A stretch of 64,000 nucleotides of DNA, taken from positions 2,880,753-2,944,752 of the forward strand of contig OZ257123.1 of NCBI GenBank assembly GCA_965278925.1, read 5' to 3'. The translations under genes were made by a program, and so were the position numbers. Under the pieces are notes generated by a model that was given only the letters and a program-made list of their open reading frames with translations, was not told the origin of the DNA and ran no database searches. Position 1 is the first letter of the stretch. Each line of letters opens with the position of its first letter. This DNA is from Cyclobacteriaceae bacterium (GTDB lineage Bacteria; Bacteroidota; Bacteroidia; Cytophagales; Cyclobacteriaceae). Positions 8,008 to 17,371 of this stretch are shown piece by piece.

Positions 8008-10653
8008 ATGGACCATACTCCGCCCAAACTCTTTCTTCGCTTCTTCCGCTGGTACTGCCACCCGAAGTTGATCGATTATATCGAAGGCGACTTGTTAGAG
8101 GTTTATGAAAGGCGATTGGAAAAATCTGGCAAACGAAACGCAGACCTACATTTTATAAAAGACGTGCTGCTGCTCTTCCGGGCAGGAATTATCAAACCAA
8201 CAGAAGGATATAGAAATTTAAACAACTACGGTATGTTCAAAAGTTATTTTAAAATCGGATGGCGTAGTCTTCTCAAGAACAAAGGCTACTCCTACATCAA
8301 CGTTGTTGGCCTGGCCATGGGAATGGCCGTTACACTTTTAATCGGAATGTGGGTGGTTGATGAACTATCCTTTAATCGTTATCATAAAAATTATGATCGA
8401 ATTGCACAGGTGTTTCAACATCAAACCGTTTTTAATGAGGTGAAAACAAATACCGCTGTGCCCATGCCGCTGGCCATAGAATTAAAAAATAGTTACCCAC
8501 ACGATTTCAAACATGTGGTACAAATGTGGTGGGAACGCAGTCACGTTCTCACCATCGAAGAAAAAAAGATTCCGCGAAATGGAGTATTTATGGGAAAGGA
8601 AGGACTTGAAATGTTTTCATTTGAAATGGTGCAAGGTTCATGGAAAAGTCTGGATGACCCTTCTTCGATTGTTCTCTCAGAGTCTACAGCTCACATTCTT
8701 TTTGGTGATCAAGATCCTGTTAATCAAATGCTAACGATTGACAATTCCCTTGATGTGAAGGTGACCGGAGTTTTCATGGAACCTCCTTCCAATTCAAGGT
8801 TTCACGCGCTTCAATTCATCTCCAGTTGGGATTTATGGGTATCGACCAACCCGTGGATGAAAGATGATGAAAACAACTGGAACAGTGATGATATTAATTT
8901 TACAGATGTAATTACGTATGTGGAGATCGAGCCAACTACCAACTTTGAGACGGTCTCAAAAAAAATTGAGAAGGTAAAGTTTAACAAACTAACGCCCGTG
9001 CAAGCGGCACAGGAAAACCCGAAAGTATTTCTTCAGCCTATGAGCCGCTGGCATTTGTACTCGCAATGGAAAGATGCGCAAGAAAGCGGTGGGCGAATTC
9101 AATTCGTATGGCTGTTTGGGATGATCGGATTTTTTGTTTTGGTGCTTGCCTGCATCAACTTCATGAACCTGAGCACTGCCCAGTCGGAGATGCGCGCCAA
9201 AGAAGTGGGCATTCGCAAATCGATTGGCTCTGCGCGCTCTCAATTGATCAGTCAGTTTTACATTGAGACATCTTTAATTGTGTTATGCGCTTTTGTTTTT
9301 GCAATGGGTCTGGCGGGCATGGCCCTACCGTGGTTCAATCAATTGTCTGAAAAAGAAATGACTATGCCATGGACAAACCCGATCTTTCTTTTGATTGCGC
9401 TGGGTTTCATTTTTTTTACCAGTCTCCTTGCCGGTAGTTATCCCGCATTGTTTCTTTCTTCGTTTCAACCAGTAAATGTTTTGAAAGGTACGTTCCGGGT
9501 GGGTCGATTTGTAAACGTTCCGCGCAAAGTATTGGTCGTGATGCAATTTTCTGTATCTGTGGCTCTGATTATTGGCACCATCATCGTGTGGCAACAGATT
9601 CAATTCGCTAAAGACAGGCCGATAGGCTATACCCGTGAAGGGTTGATTATGGTACGGAAAACCGCGCCCGATTTTTGGAGGATAATTCGACCGTTAAAAA
9701 ATAAACTAAAAGAGTCGGATGCTATTGTTGAATTGGCCGAATCGTCAAGCCCGGCCACCGAAACGTGGTTTACATTTAACAACTTCAACTGGCAAGGCAA
9801 AAACCCTGACGAAAAAATCGGATTTACTTGTGCAGCGATAACTGTTGACTATGGCGCTACGATGGGTTGGAATTTTATTCAAGGTCGTGATCTCTCACGC
9901 GAGTTCTCTACGGATTCCTCTGCCGTTATTCTCAATGAAACTGCTGCGCGATTAATCGGGTGGCAGAATCCAATCAACGAAGAGATTACCTGGAATGGAA
10001 GAACGTTCAGGGTGATTGGAGTAATACAAGATATGATTGTGGATTCGCCTTACGAACCCGTTAAGCCAAGTGTGTATTTCATGCAAAACAATCTTCTGTT
10101 GAATACGCTTGGCAATGTATGGATTACCATGCGATTGAATCCCAATCTAAGTCCGCATGAAGCAATTGCACGCGTGGAGAATGTTTTTAAATCAGTACTG
10201 CCAGCCGTTCCCTTTGAATTCAAATTCATTGATCAGGAATACGAAAGTAAATTTGCAGCCGAAGAACGTATCGGTAAACTCGCAACCTTGTTTGCTGTAC
10301 TTGCTATTTTAATTTCGTGTCTTGGGCTGTTTGGCCTGTCATCGTTTGTGGCACATCAACGAACAAAAGAAATCGGCATCCGCAAAGTGATGGGCGCATC
10401 TGTGTTTAATCTCTGGAAAATGTTATCAAAAGATTTTGTGATACTGGTTTCTATTTCCATCCTCATCTCTATTCCCTTCGCCTATTATGTAGTAGAAAAA
10501 TGGTTAATGGCATATACATACCGGATTGAAATAACCTGGTGGATTTTTGCCGTCTCGGCATTAGGTGCTGTAACGATAACGCTTGCCACCGTTAGCTTCC
10601 AGGCTATAAAAGCCGCACTGATGAATCCGGTGAAAAGCCTTCGCTCGGAATAG
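8008..10653 (+). CDS. ABC permease (MacB/FtsX) with type-A prefix module
   Basis: 881 aa. PPKLFLRFFRWYCHPKLIDYIEGDLLEVYE prefix, internal MFKSYFKIGWR at 8233, FtsX motifs. Confidence 0.93.
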   Translation: MDHTPPKLFLRFFRWYCHPKLIDYIEGDLLEVYERRLEKSGKRNADLHFIKDVLLLFRAGIIKPTEGYRNLNNYGMFKSYFKIGWRSLLKNKGYSYINVVGLAMGMAVTLLIGMWVVDELSFNRYHKNYDRIAQVFQHQTVFNEVKTNTAVPMPLAIELKNSYPHDFKHVVQMWWERSHVLTIEEKKIPRNGVFMGKEGLEMFSFEMVQGSWKSLDDPSSIVLSESTAHILFGDQDPVNQMLTIDNSLDVKVTGVFMEPPSNSRFHALQFISSWDLWVSTNPWMKDDENNWNSDDINFTDVITYVEIEPTTNFETVSKKIEKVKFNKLTPVQAAQENPKVFLQPMSRWHLYSQWKDAQESGGRIQFVWLFGMIGFFVLVLACINFMNLSTAQSEMRAKEVGIRKSIGSARSQLISQFYIETSLIVLCAFVFAMGLAGMALPWFNQLSEKEMTMPWTNPIFLLIALGFIFFTSLLAGSYPALFLSSFQPVNVLKGTFRVGRFVNVPRKVLVVMQFSVSVALIIGTIIVWQQIQFAKDRPIGYTREGLIMVRKTAPDFWRIIRPLKNKLKESDAIVELAESSSPATETWFTFNNFNWQGKNPDEKIGFTCAAITVDYGATMGWNFIQGRDLSREFSTDSSAVILNETAARLIGWQNPINEEITWNGRTFRVIGVIQDMIVDSPYEPVKPSVYFMQNNLLLNTLGNVWITMRLNPNLSPHEAIARVENVFKSVLPAVPFEFKFIDQEYESKFAAEERIGKLATLFAVLAILISCLGLFGLSSFVAHQRTKEIGIRKVMGASVFNLWKMLSKDFVILVSISILISIPFAYYVVEKWLMAYTYRIEITWWIFAVSALGAVTITLATVSFQAIKAALMNPVKSLRSE

Positions 10654-10658
10654 TTGAG

Positions 10659-10697
10659 CAGATCACAGTCAAACTGTCGACAGTCGGCTGTGGTCTG
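10659..10697. repeat. Stem-loop with nested 12-bp palindrome
   Basis: CAGATCACAGTC (10659-10670) pairs with GGCTGTGGTCTG (10686-10697) using two G-U pairs. The loop contains the perfect palindrome ACTGTCGACAGT (10673-10684). Confidence 0.7.
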
Positions 10698-10744
10698 AGC
10701 ACAATAACAAAGCCACCTATTTTCGGGGCTAAAATTTTGCAGGG

Positions 10745-10796
10745 TTTACTTAACAAAAGTGAAACTAATGTATTATATTCACGTTTGTTAAGTAAA
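10745..10796 (+). promoter_or_regulatory. 19-bp inverted repeat, candidate PadR operator
   Basis: TTTACTTAACAAAAGTGAA (10745-10763) versus TTCACGTTTGTTAAGTAAA (10778-10796): 18/19 complementary, 14-nt spacer, ending 7 nt before the padR2 ATG. Confidence 0.65.
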
Positions 10797-10803
10797 TATC
10801 ATT

Positions 10804-11130
10804 ATGACACAACAATCTCTTGGTGAATTTGAGGAACTCGTTTTGCTTATGGTGGCTGCCCTGCATGACGAAGCCTACGGAGTAGTTATTCTGGAAGGTC
10901 TCGAGCAAAAACTAAAAAAGAAAGTAAACATCAGTGCGGTACATGTTGCCTTAAAACGCATTGAAGACAAAGGCTTTGTAAAATCCCGCTTTGGCGGAAT
11001 TACGGAAGACCGCGGAGGCAGACGCAAAAAGTTTTATGTCATTACTGCTTTGGGAAAAAGAATGCTCGATGCTCAGTATAATTTGCGAAACAGCATCTAT
11101 AAAGAGATTCCAAAAATATCATTCGGTTAA
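10804..11130 (+). CDS. PadR-family transcriptional regulator (paralog 2)
   Basis: MTQQSLGEFEELVLL...AYG...SAVHVALKRIEDKGFV.S...RGGRRKKFYVITALG; clear paralog of 7586-7927. Confidence 0.9.
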   Translation: MTQQSLGEFEELVLLMVAALHDEAYGVVILEGLEQKLKKKVNISAVHVALKRIEDKGFVKSRFGGITEDRGGRRKKFYVITALGKRMLDAQYNLRNSIYKEIPKISFG

Positions 11131-11156
11131 TGACCAAACTTGACATATGAGAAAAG

Positions 11157-11195
11157 GTAATCAGTAAGTGGAAATCGGTCGGGTTTACTGATTAC
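11157..11195. repeat. Intergenic inverted repeat with 7-nt periodicity
   Basis: GTAATCAGTAA (11157-11167) / TTACTGATTAC (11185-11195), perfect 11 bp; the right arm continues TTACTGA TTACTAT TCACTAC. Confidence 0.7.
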
Positions 11196-11216
11196 TATTC
11201 ACTACGCCAGTTAAAA

Positions 11217-11864
11217 ATGAAAAATAATCCTCCAAAACGTCCTCTTCAATTCCTCCGCTGGTTTTGCCGTGAAGATTATCTCGAAGAGATTGAGGGAGAC
11301 TTGACAGAGGTTTTTATAAAGCAAGCAGAAATCTCTCTCCGCAAAGCGAAGTGGAAATTTGTTTGGAGTGTGATCATGTATTTCAGGCCGCAGTTTATGA
11401 TTGTCGATATACAAAACTCAACTATTATGAAATCAATACTGAGCATCAAAGAAAGTCCTTATGTACTGTTTTTGTTTACAACCATCGCATTATTGCTTAC
11501 ACTCGCATTTCGCCCCATCGCTGAAATTGATATCCAAGACATAACTATGTTCAGCTTTCCACTAAGCAGCATAGTTTGGGTATTCCCTTTCCTGCTTCTA
11601 TCCTCCTGGCTGATTTATTTAGTTACCAATAAATTTCTCTACTCGATAGCTATCACCTGGATACACGTTCTCACAACAGTTATCACTACGCTCCTCATTG
11701 TCATTGTTCTATATATAGGCATAAATCCATCACAATTTACAAGCGACCAGCACGAGTTAATTGGCATCATCATTCAAATTTTATCCTTGCTATTTGTTTT
11801 TGGTCAACTCGCTTATGTAGTAAATATTTTAATTGGAATTTTTGGCAGGGCTAAAGCTCATTGA
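11217..11864 (+). CDS. Chimeric protein: type-B permease prefix fused to a small membrane protein (about 4 TM)
   Basis: Residues 1-61 are nearly identical to the N-terminus of 11893-14481. The remainder is hydrophobic, is not FtsX-like, and has its own ATG at 11427. Confidence 0.75.
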   Translation: MKNNPPKRPLQFLRWFCREDYLEEIEGDLTEVFIKQAEISLRKAKWKFVWSVIMYFRPQFMIVDIQNSTIMKSILSIKESPYVLFLFTTIALLLTLAFRPIAEIDIQDITMFSFPLSSIVWVFPFLLLSSWLIYLVTNKFLYSIAITWIHVLTTVITTLLIVIVLYIGINPSQFTSDQHELIGIIIQILSLLFVFGQLAYVVNILIGIFGRAKAH

Positions 11865-11892
11865 TTATAGAAGGAGCCTTTGAATAAAGAAA

Positions 11893-14481
11893 ATGCAACC
11901 ACCCAAGCGCCCTCTTCAATTTCTTCGCTGGTTTTGCCGCGAAGATTATCTCGAAGAGATTGAGGGAGACCTGACGGAGGTTTTTATAAAACAATCTGAA
12001 ATTTCTCCGCGCAAAGCAAAATGGAAATTTGGTTGGAGTGTAATCAAATATTTCAGGCCAGAGTTTATGAAGTCGTTTAAGTATCATCCTAATGGATACG
12101 GTATGTATAAAAGTTATTTTAAAATAGGATGGCGAAATCTGCTGAAAGAAAAAGGATATTCATTTATTAACATCGGAGGGTTTTCCCTTGGTATGGCCAT
12201 TGCCATATTGATTGGGTTGTGGGTATACGATGAGTTATCTTTTAACAAACATCAGGAAAATTATAATGAAGTTGCTGTAGTACTGCAAAACAATACCGTT
12301 GATGGCAAGATTGAAACATGGTCAAGCCAGTCGTATCAACTGGGATCCGAGCTTCGAAACAATTACGGAAATCATTTCAAACATGTGGTGATGTTGTCTT
12401 TCCCTGCAAGCTCCATTCTTACACAACAGGAAAAGACCTTTAGTGTAGTTGGAAGTTTTATGGAAGCGGATGGTCCGGAATTGTTGTCTCTGCAAATGAT
12501 GCATGGTTCACGCACTGCGCTAAAAGACCCAAGTTCTCTTTTATTATCAGCCACTGTGGCTAATACGTTTTTTGGTGACGAGAATCCCGTTGGCCAGGTA
12601 GTGAAACTCGACAATGGCATTGACTTGAAAGTAACAGGTGTATACCAGGACATTCCAGACAACTCTGACTTTAAAGGTGAGTTTGGTTTTATCGCACACC
12701 TTAACATACTGGTAAATCGCGGTGGTCGATCGTTCGGGTGGAGTAACAACTGGTTGGGGGTGTACGTTCAGGTGGCCGATCACGCAGACATGCAGCAGGC
12801 TTCTCTCGCTATCAAAGATGCCAAGATTAAAAATGTGCCTGAAGGTGATAATCGATTCAAGCCTGAACTTTTTCTACATCCTATGTCGAAGTGGCATTTA
12901 TATTCTGAGTTTAAAGATGGCGTGAACACAGGTGGCCGCATTGATTTCGTATGGCTATTTGGGGCGATTGGAATTTTTGTTCTTCTGTTAGCCTGCATCA
13001 ACTTTATGAATCTGAGTACTGCGCGTTCTCAGAAACGAGCCAAGGAAGTTGGTGTTCGTAAAGTAATCGGTTCAGCACGGGGTCAACTCATGCGTCAGTT
13101 TTTCAGCGAATCGTTGTTGGTCGTTATGCTCGCATTTATCTTCTCCATTTTATTAGTTATACTTTCTCTGCCCTGGTTTAACGAAATCGCCAACAAACAA
13201 ATTAACATCAACTTGGCAAGTCTGCCTCTTTTCTTAGCCGCGGTTTCATTTATCTTTCTGATCGCACTTCTTGCGGGTAGTTATCCTGCCTTTTATCTAT
13301 CTGGGTTTACTCCAGCCAAAGTATTGAAAGGAACATTTAAGCTGGGGGGTTCTGCTTCGCTTCCGCGAAAAGTATTGGTCACGGTACAATTTACTGTTTC
13401 TATTATATTAATTGTTGGAACTATTGTAGTATACCAACAGATTCAGTTTGCAAAAAATCGCCCGTTGGGATATGACTTAAATGGCCTGATCAACATCCCC
13501 ATCCGAACACCAGAGGTAAAGAGAAGTTACAATGCGTTGCGAAATGATTTGTTGAGTAGCGGTGTGATCTCAGACGTATCAAGTTCCGAAACAACTGTTA
13601 CAAATTTATGGTGGTCCGATTGGGGATTTAAGTGGAGAGGCAAAGACCCCAACTTTCAGGATAATATTTTCCGGGGCGCTATTGATTATGACTTTGGCAA
13701 AACCGTTGGCTGGAAAATAAAAGAAGGCCGCGATTTCTCGCGGGATTTTCCGTCAGACTCCACTGCAATGATACTCAATGAAGCTGCGGTAAAGTACATG
13801 GGCTTTGAAGATCCGATTGGTGAAACCATTCGCACCTACGGAAAAGAATATACGGTGATAGGTGTGGTGGAGGATATGGTAACCCAATCGCTTTATCGGT
13901 CGAACAAACAAACTGTTTTTGTGCTTAATCCTTTTGATCAGGTCAATTTTATTGGTGTTAGAATAAGTCCGCAGGCAAGTCCTGATGAGGCCCTGACTAA
14001 ATTGAGTCAGGTTTTTCTAAAACACAACCCAAGCACACCGTTTGAATATAAATTTGCTGACGATGAGTTTGCAGAGAAATTTGCTTTCGAAAAACGTGTA
14101 GGTAGTTTGGTGACCATCTTTGCTGTGCTGGCCATTTTTATCAGTTGCCTCGGACTTTTTGGGTTATCCTCTTTTGTCGCTGAACAACGTACCAAAGAGA
14201 TTGGCATCCGCAAGGTAATGGGCGCTTCTACCTCCAGTCTCTGGCGTATGTTATCCAAAGATTTTTTACTGCTTGTGATCATCGCTTGTTTTATTGCCAT
14301 GCCCGTTGCTAATTATTTAATGCGTGGCTGGCTGAGCTCATACGATTATCGCACAGAAATTTCGTGGTGGGTATTCCTGATCACGGGTGGTAGCGTGTTA
14401 CTCGTTACTCTGTTGACGGTAAGTTATCAAACTGTAAAGGCTGCCATGATGAACCCGGTTAATAGTTTGAAAGCGGAATGA
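11893..14481 (+). CDS. ABC permease (MacB/FtsX) with type-B prefix module
   Basis: 862 aa. PPKRPLQFLRWFCREDYLEEIEGDL prefix, internal MYKSYFKIGWR at 12103, FtsX motifs. Confidence 0.93.
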   Translation: MQPPKRPLQFLRWFCREDYLEEIEGDLTEVFIKQSEISPRKAKWKFGWSVIKYFRPEFMKSFKYHPNGYGMYKSYFKIGWRNLLKEKGYSFINIGGFSLGMAIAILIGLWVYDELSFNKHQENYNEVAVVLQNNTVDGKIETWSSQSYQLGSELRNNYGNHFKHVVMLSFPASSILTQQEKTFSVVGSFMEADGPELLSLQMMHGSRTALKDPSSLLLSATVANTFFGDENPVGQVVKLDNGIDLKVTGVYQDIPDNSDFKGEFGFIAHLNILVNRGGRSFGWSNNWLGVYVQVADHADMQQASLAIKDAKIKNVPEGDNRFKPELFLHPMSKWHLYSEFKDGVNTGGRIDFVWLFGAIGIFVLLLACINFMNLSTARSQKRAKEVGVRKVIGSARGQLMRQFFSESLLVVMLAFIFSILLVILSLPWFNEIANKQININLASLPLFLAAVSFIFLIALLAGSYPAFYLSGFTPAKVLKGTFKLGGSASLPRKVLVTVQFTVSIILIVGTIVVYQQIQFAKNRPLGYDLNGLINIPIRTPEVKRSYNALRNDLLSSGVISDVSSSETTVTNLWWSDWGFKWRGKDPNFQDNIFRGAIDYDFGKTVGWKIKEGRDFSRDFPSDSTAMILNEAAVKYMGFEDPIGETIRTYGKEYTVIGVVEDMVTQSLYRSNKQTVFVLNPFDQVNFIGVRISPQASPDEALTKLSQVFLKHNPSTPFEYKFADDEFAEKFAFEKRVGSLVTIFAVLAIFISCLGLFGLSSFVAEQRTKEIGIRKVMGASTSSLWRMLSKDFLLLVIIACFIAMPVANYLMRGWLSSYDYRTEISWWVFLITGGSVLLVTLLTVSYQTVKAAMMNPVNSLKAE

Positions 14482-14525
14482 AAAATAGACACAAGATATA
14501 AGGCTACTTAAGTCTTAACCAAGGA

Positions 14526-17159
14526 ATGATCATTAAGCCACCTCAACGACCCCTTCAATTCCTTCGCTGGTTTTGCCGCGAAGATTATCTCGATGAGATT
14601 GAGGGAGATCTGTTGGAGATTTATAAAAAGCAAGTTGAAAGCTCTCCGCGCACAGCGAAATGGAAATTTGCATTAAGTGTAATCAAATATTTAAGACCAG
14701 AGTTTATGAAGTCGTTTAGTAATCATCAACCAAATGCATATAGTATGTATAAAAGTTATTTTAAGATAGGCTGGCGAAATCTGTTGAAGAACAAAGGATT
14801 CTCTTTCATTAATATCGGAGGGCTGTCGGTAGGTGTCGCGGTGGCCATACTTATTGGTTTATGGATTTATGATGAATTAAGCTTTGATACGTATCATCAA
14901 AACTACGATCGCATTGCTCAGGTATTGACGCAAGAAACGGACGAAAAAGGGAGTGTGGGTATCAATACTTCTTTACCCTACCCATTGGCATTGGAATTAA
15001 AGTCGAACTATGCCGACAATTTCAAGCATGTTGTTATCGGCACATTTAGCATACGCGAATACATTTTATCTACCGATGATAAAAATCTGACACGAACAGG
15101 ACAATTTTTAGAACCGCCCGCTCCTGAAATGTTTTCTTTAAAAATGATCCACGGTTCGCACGCTGCACTGAACGATAGAAACTCCATTCTGCTATCGGCC
15201 TCTACAGCCACTGCATTTTTTGGAGATGCTGATCCTATCAATCAACTGATGAAAATAAATAGTCGGTTGGAAGTTAAAGTAACAGGAGTATATGAAGACT
15301 TACCTCAGAACACAGCTTTGTATGAATTAAAATTTATTGCTCCGTTTGATCTTTGGGTAAGCGATAATCCCTGGGTAAGCGAGCGAGCCACTACCGACTG
15401 GAATAATCATTTTCTTAAAGTTTATACGGAGATTCTTTCCACACATAATTTTGCAACGGTATCGGCTCAAATTATGGATGCCGAGTTAAAAAACTTAAAT
15501 CATCTGCCCGACCAGGCAGCAGAAAAACCAGAAGTGTTTTTGCATCCCATGAGCGACTGGCACCTGTATAGTTTTAAAAACAGCGAAGTGAATACGGAGC
15601 CAAGCAGAATGGTGATGCTTATTGGATTGATAGGAGCATTAGTGCTCGTGCTGGCTTGCATCAACTTTGTAAACTTAAGCACTGCTCGCAGTGAAACCCG
15701 AGCCAAAGAAGTGGGCATTCGAAAGGCGATAGGTTCTATGCGTAGGCAATTGATTGGTCAGTTTTTAAGTGAATCGTTTCTGGTTGTTTTCTTTTCGCTT
15801 GCCTTCTCCATTTTGTTGGCTGCACTCTTGTTGCCGTGGTTCAACGACCTTGCTGCAAAGCAAATGATTCTACCCGTTGGCAACTGGAGGTTTTGGTTAC
15901 TAATATTTTCACTTATGCTAATGACTGGTTTGCTGGCAGGCGGCTACCCGGCTGTTTATCTTTCTTCATTTAACCCGGTGAAAGCTTTGAAAGGTGTTTT
16001 GAGTGCCGGGCAAGGCGTGATCTCACATCGCAAGGTTTTAGTGGTTACACAATTCACCATTTCAGTTTCGTTAATCATCTCCACCATTATTATCTATTAC
16101 CAGATACAATTCGCAAAAGATCGCCCGGTAGGTTATAACCGAGAAGGATTGATTATGCTGGAGATGAAAAGCAATGACTTTAAGGGTAAGTACGATATGC
16201 TTCGAACCTTGTTAAAGAACACAGGCGCTGTTGCAGAAATTTCCGAGTCGATGGGAAAAATGACACAGGTTTGGTCAAGTAACGATGGCTGGGAATGGAA
16301 AGACCGAAACCCGGCTCTTACCAAAAGTTTCGGAACGCTTACGGTAACTCCCGAGCATGGAAATACTATTGGGTGGCAACTGCTACAAGGAAGAGATTTT
16401 TCTGAAAGAATGGCGAGCGATTCGTTAGCGATTGTTATTAATGAATCTGCTATGAATTATATGGAAATGAAAAATCCCGTAGGAGAAACGGTGAGCTGGA
16501 AGTTTCGCGACAAGACATTTCACTATGAGATAATAGGAGTGGTAAAAGATATGGTGATGGAATCGCCTTATCAACCTATAAAGCCAACTGCGTTTTTTAT
16601 CAAAGCCCCGAACGGTACTCCAAACTGGATAAACATTAGGCTTAATCCTTCCTTGAGTACAAGTGAAGCACTTTCAAAAATTGAAAGTGCACTTAAAAAA
16701 ATAGCTCCCAATATTCCATTTGATTATAAATTCGTGGATGACGAATATAACGCTAAATTTTTGGCAGAAGTACGCATTGGGAAGTTGGCCGGCTTCTTCT
16801 CTTTGTTGGCAATTTTTATTTCCTGCTTAGGATTGTTTGGAATGGCCAGCTTTATGGCCGAGCAACGCACCAAAGAAATTGGAATTAGAAAAGTGTTAGG
16901 TGCCAGTGTAACGAATCTTTGGGTCTTGTTATCAAAAGACTTTGTGGTATTGGTGATCCTTTCGTGTTGCATTGCTATACCAATTGCTTACTATTCTATG
17001 AACAGTTGGCTGTTGAAGTATCAATATCGTACCCAAATATCGATTTGGATATTTCTGTTTACTAGCATGGGCGCGTTGGCGATCACACTTTTAACAGTAA
17101 GTTTTCAGGCTATCAAAGCTGCCATGACGAACCCGGGTAATAGTTTAAAATCAGAATGA
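14526..17159 (+). CDS. ABC permease (MacB/FtsX) with type-B prefix module
   Basis: 877 aa. PPQRPLQFLRWFCREDYLDEIEGDL prefix, internal MYKSYFKIGWR at 14745. Confidence 0.93.
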   Translation: MIIKPPQRPLQFLRWFCREDYLDEIEGDLLEIYKKQVESSPRTAKWKFALSVIKYLRPEFMKSFSNHQPNAYSMYKSYFKIGWRNLLKNKGFSFINIGGLSVGVAVAILIGLWIYDELSFDTYHQNYDRIAQVLTQETDEKGSVGINTSLPYPLALELKSNYADNFKHVVIGTFSIREYILSTDDKNLTRTGQFLEPPAPEMFSLKMIHGSHAALNDRNSILLSASTATAFFGDADPINQLMKINSRLEVKVTGVYEDLPQNTALYELKFIAPFDLWVSDNPWVSERATTDWNNHFLKVYTEILSTHNFATVSAQIMDAELKNLNHLPDQAAEKPEVFLHPMSDWHLYSFKNSEVNTEPSRMVMLIGLIGALVLVLACINFVNLSTARSETRAKEVGIRKAIGSMRRQLIGQFLSESFLVVFFSLAFSILLAALLLPWFNDLAAKQMILPVGNWRFWLLIFSLMLMTGLLAGGYPAVYLSSFNPVKALKGVLSAGQGVISHRKVLVVTQFTISVSLIISTIIIYYQIQFAKDRPVGYNREGLIMLEMKSNDFKGKYDMLRTLLKNTGAVAEISESMGKMTQVWSSNDGWEWKDRNPALTKSFGTLTVTPEHGNTIGWQLLQGRDFSERMASDSLAIVINESAMNYMEMKNPVGETVSWKFRDKTFHYEIIGVVKDMVMESPYQPIKPTAFFIKAPNGTPNWINIRLNPSLSTSEALSKIESALKKIAPNIPFDYKFVDDEYNAKFLAEVRIGKLAGFFSLLAIFISCLGLFGMASFMAEQRTKEIGIRKVLGASVTNLWVLLSKDFVVLVILSCCIAIPIAYYSMNSWLLKYQYRTQISIWIFLFTSMGALAITLLTVSFQAIKAAMTNPGNSLKSE

Positions 17160-17262
17160 AACCAATCCTCCCAAACGCCCCCTCCAATTCCTCCGCTGGT
17201 TTTGCCGCGAAGATTATCTCGATGAGATTGAAGGCGATCTGTTGGAGATTTATATAAAATAA
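17156..17262 (+). pseudogene. Orphan, frameshifted and truncated type-B prefix remnant
   Basis: From 17161 the frame reads TNPPKRPLQFLRWFCREDYLDEIEGDLLEIYIK*. The ATG at 17156 (ATGA overlap with the upstream stop) is out of frame by one base, and a stop follows at 17260-17262. Confidence 0.85.
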
Positions 17263-17371
17263 AATGAAAAATGGTATTTTTCGATATCGGGAAATAAAGT
17301 CCGACTTTGAACGGTGTTTTACTAATCACTAAGAAAACATGTGAACGCAGGCTAAATTAGAAGATCGGTTA

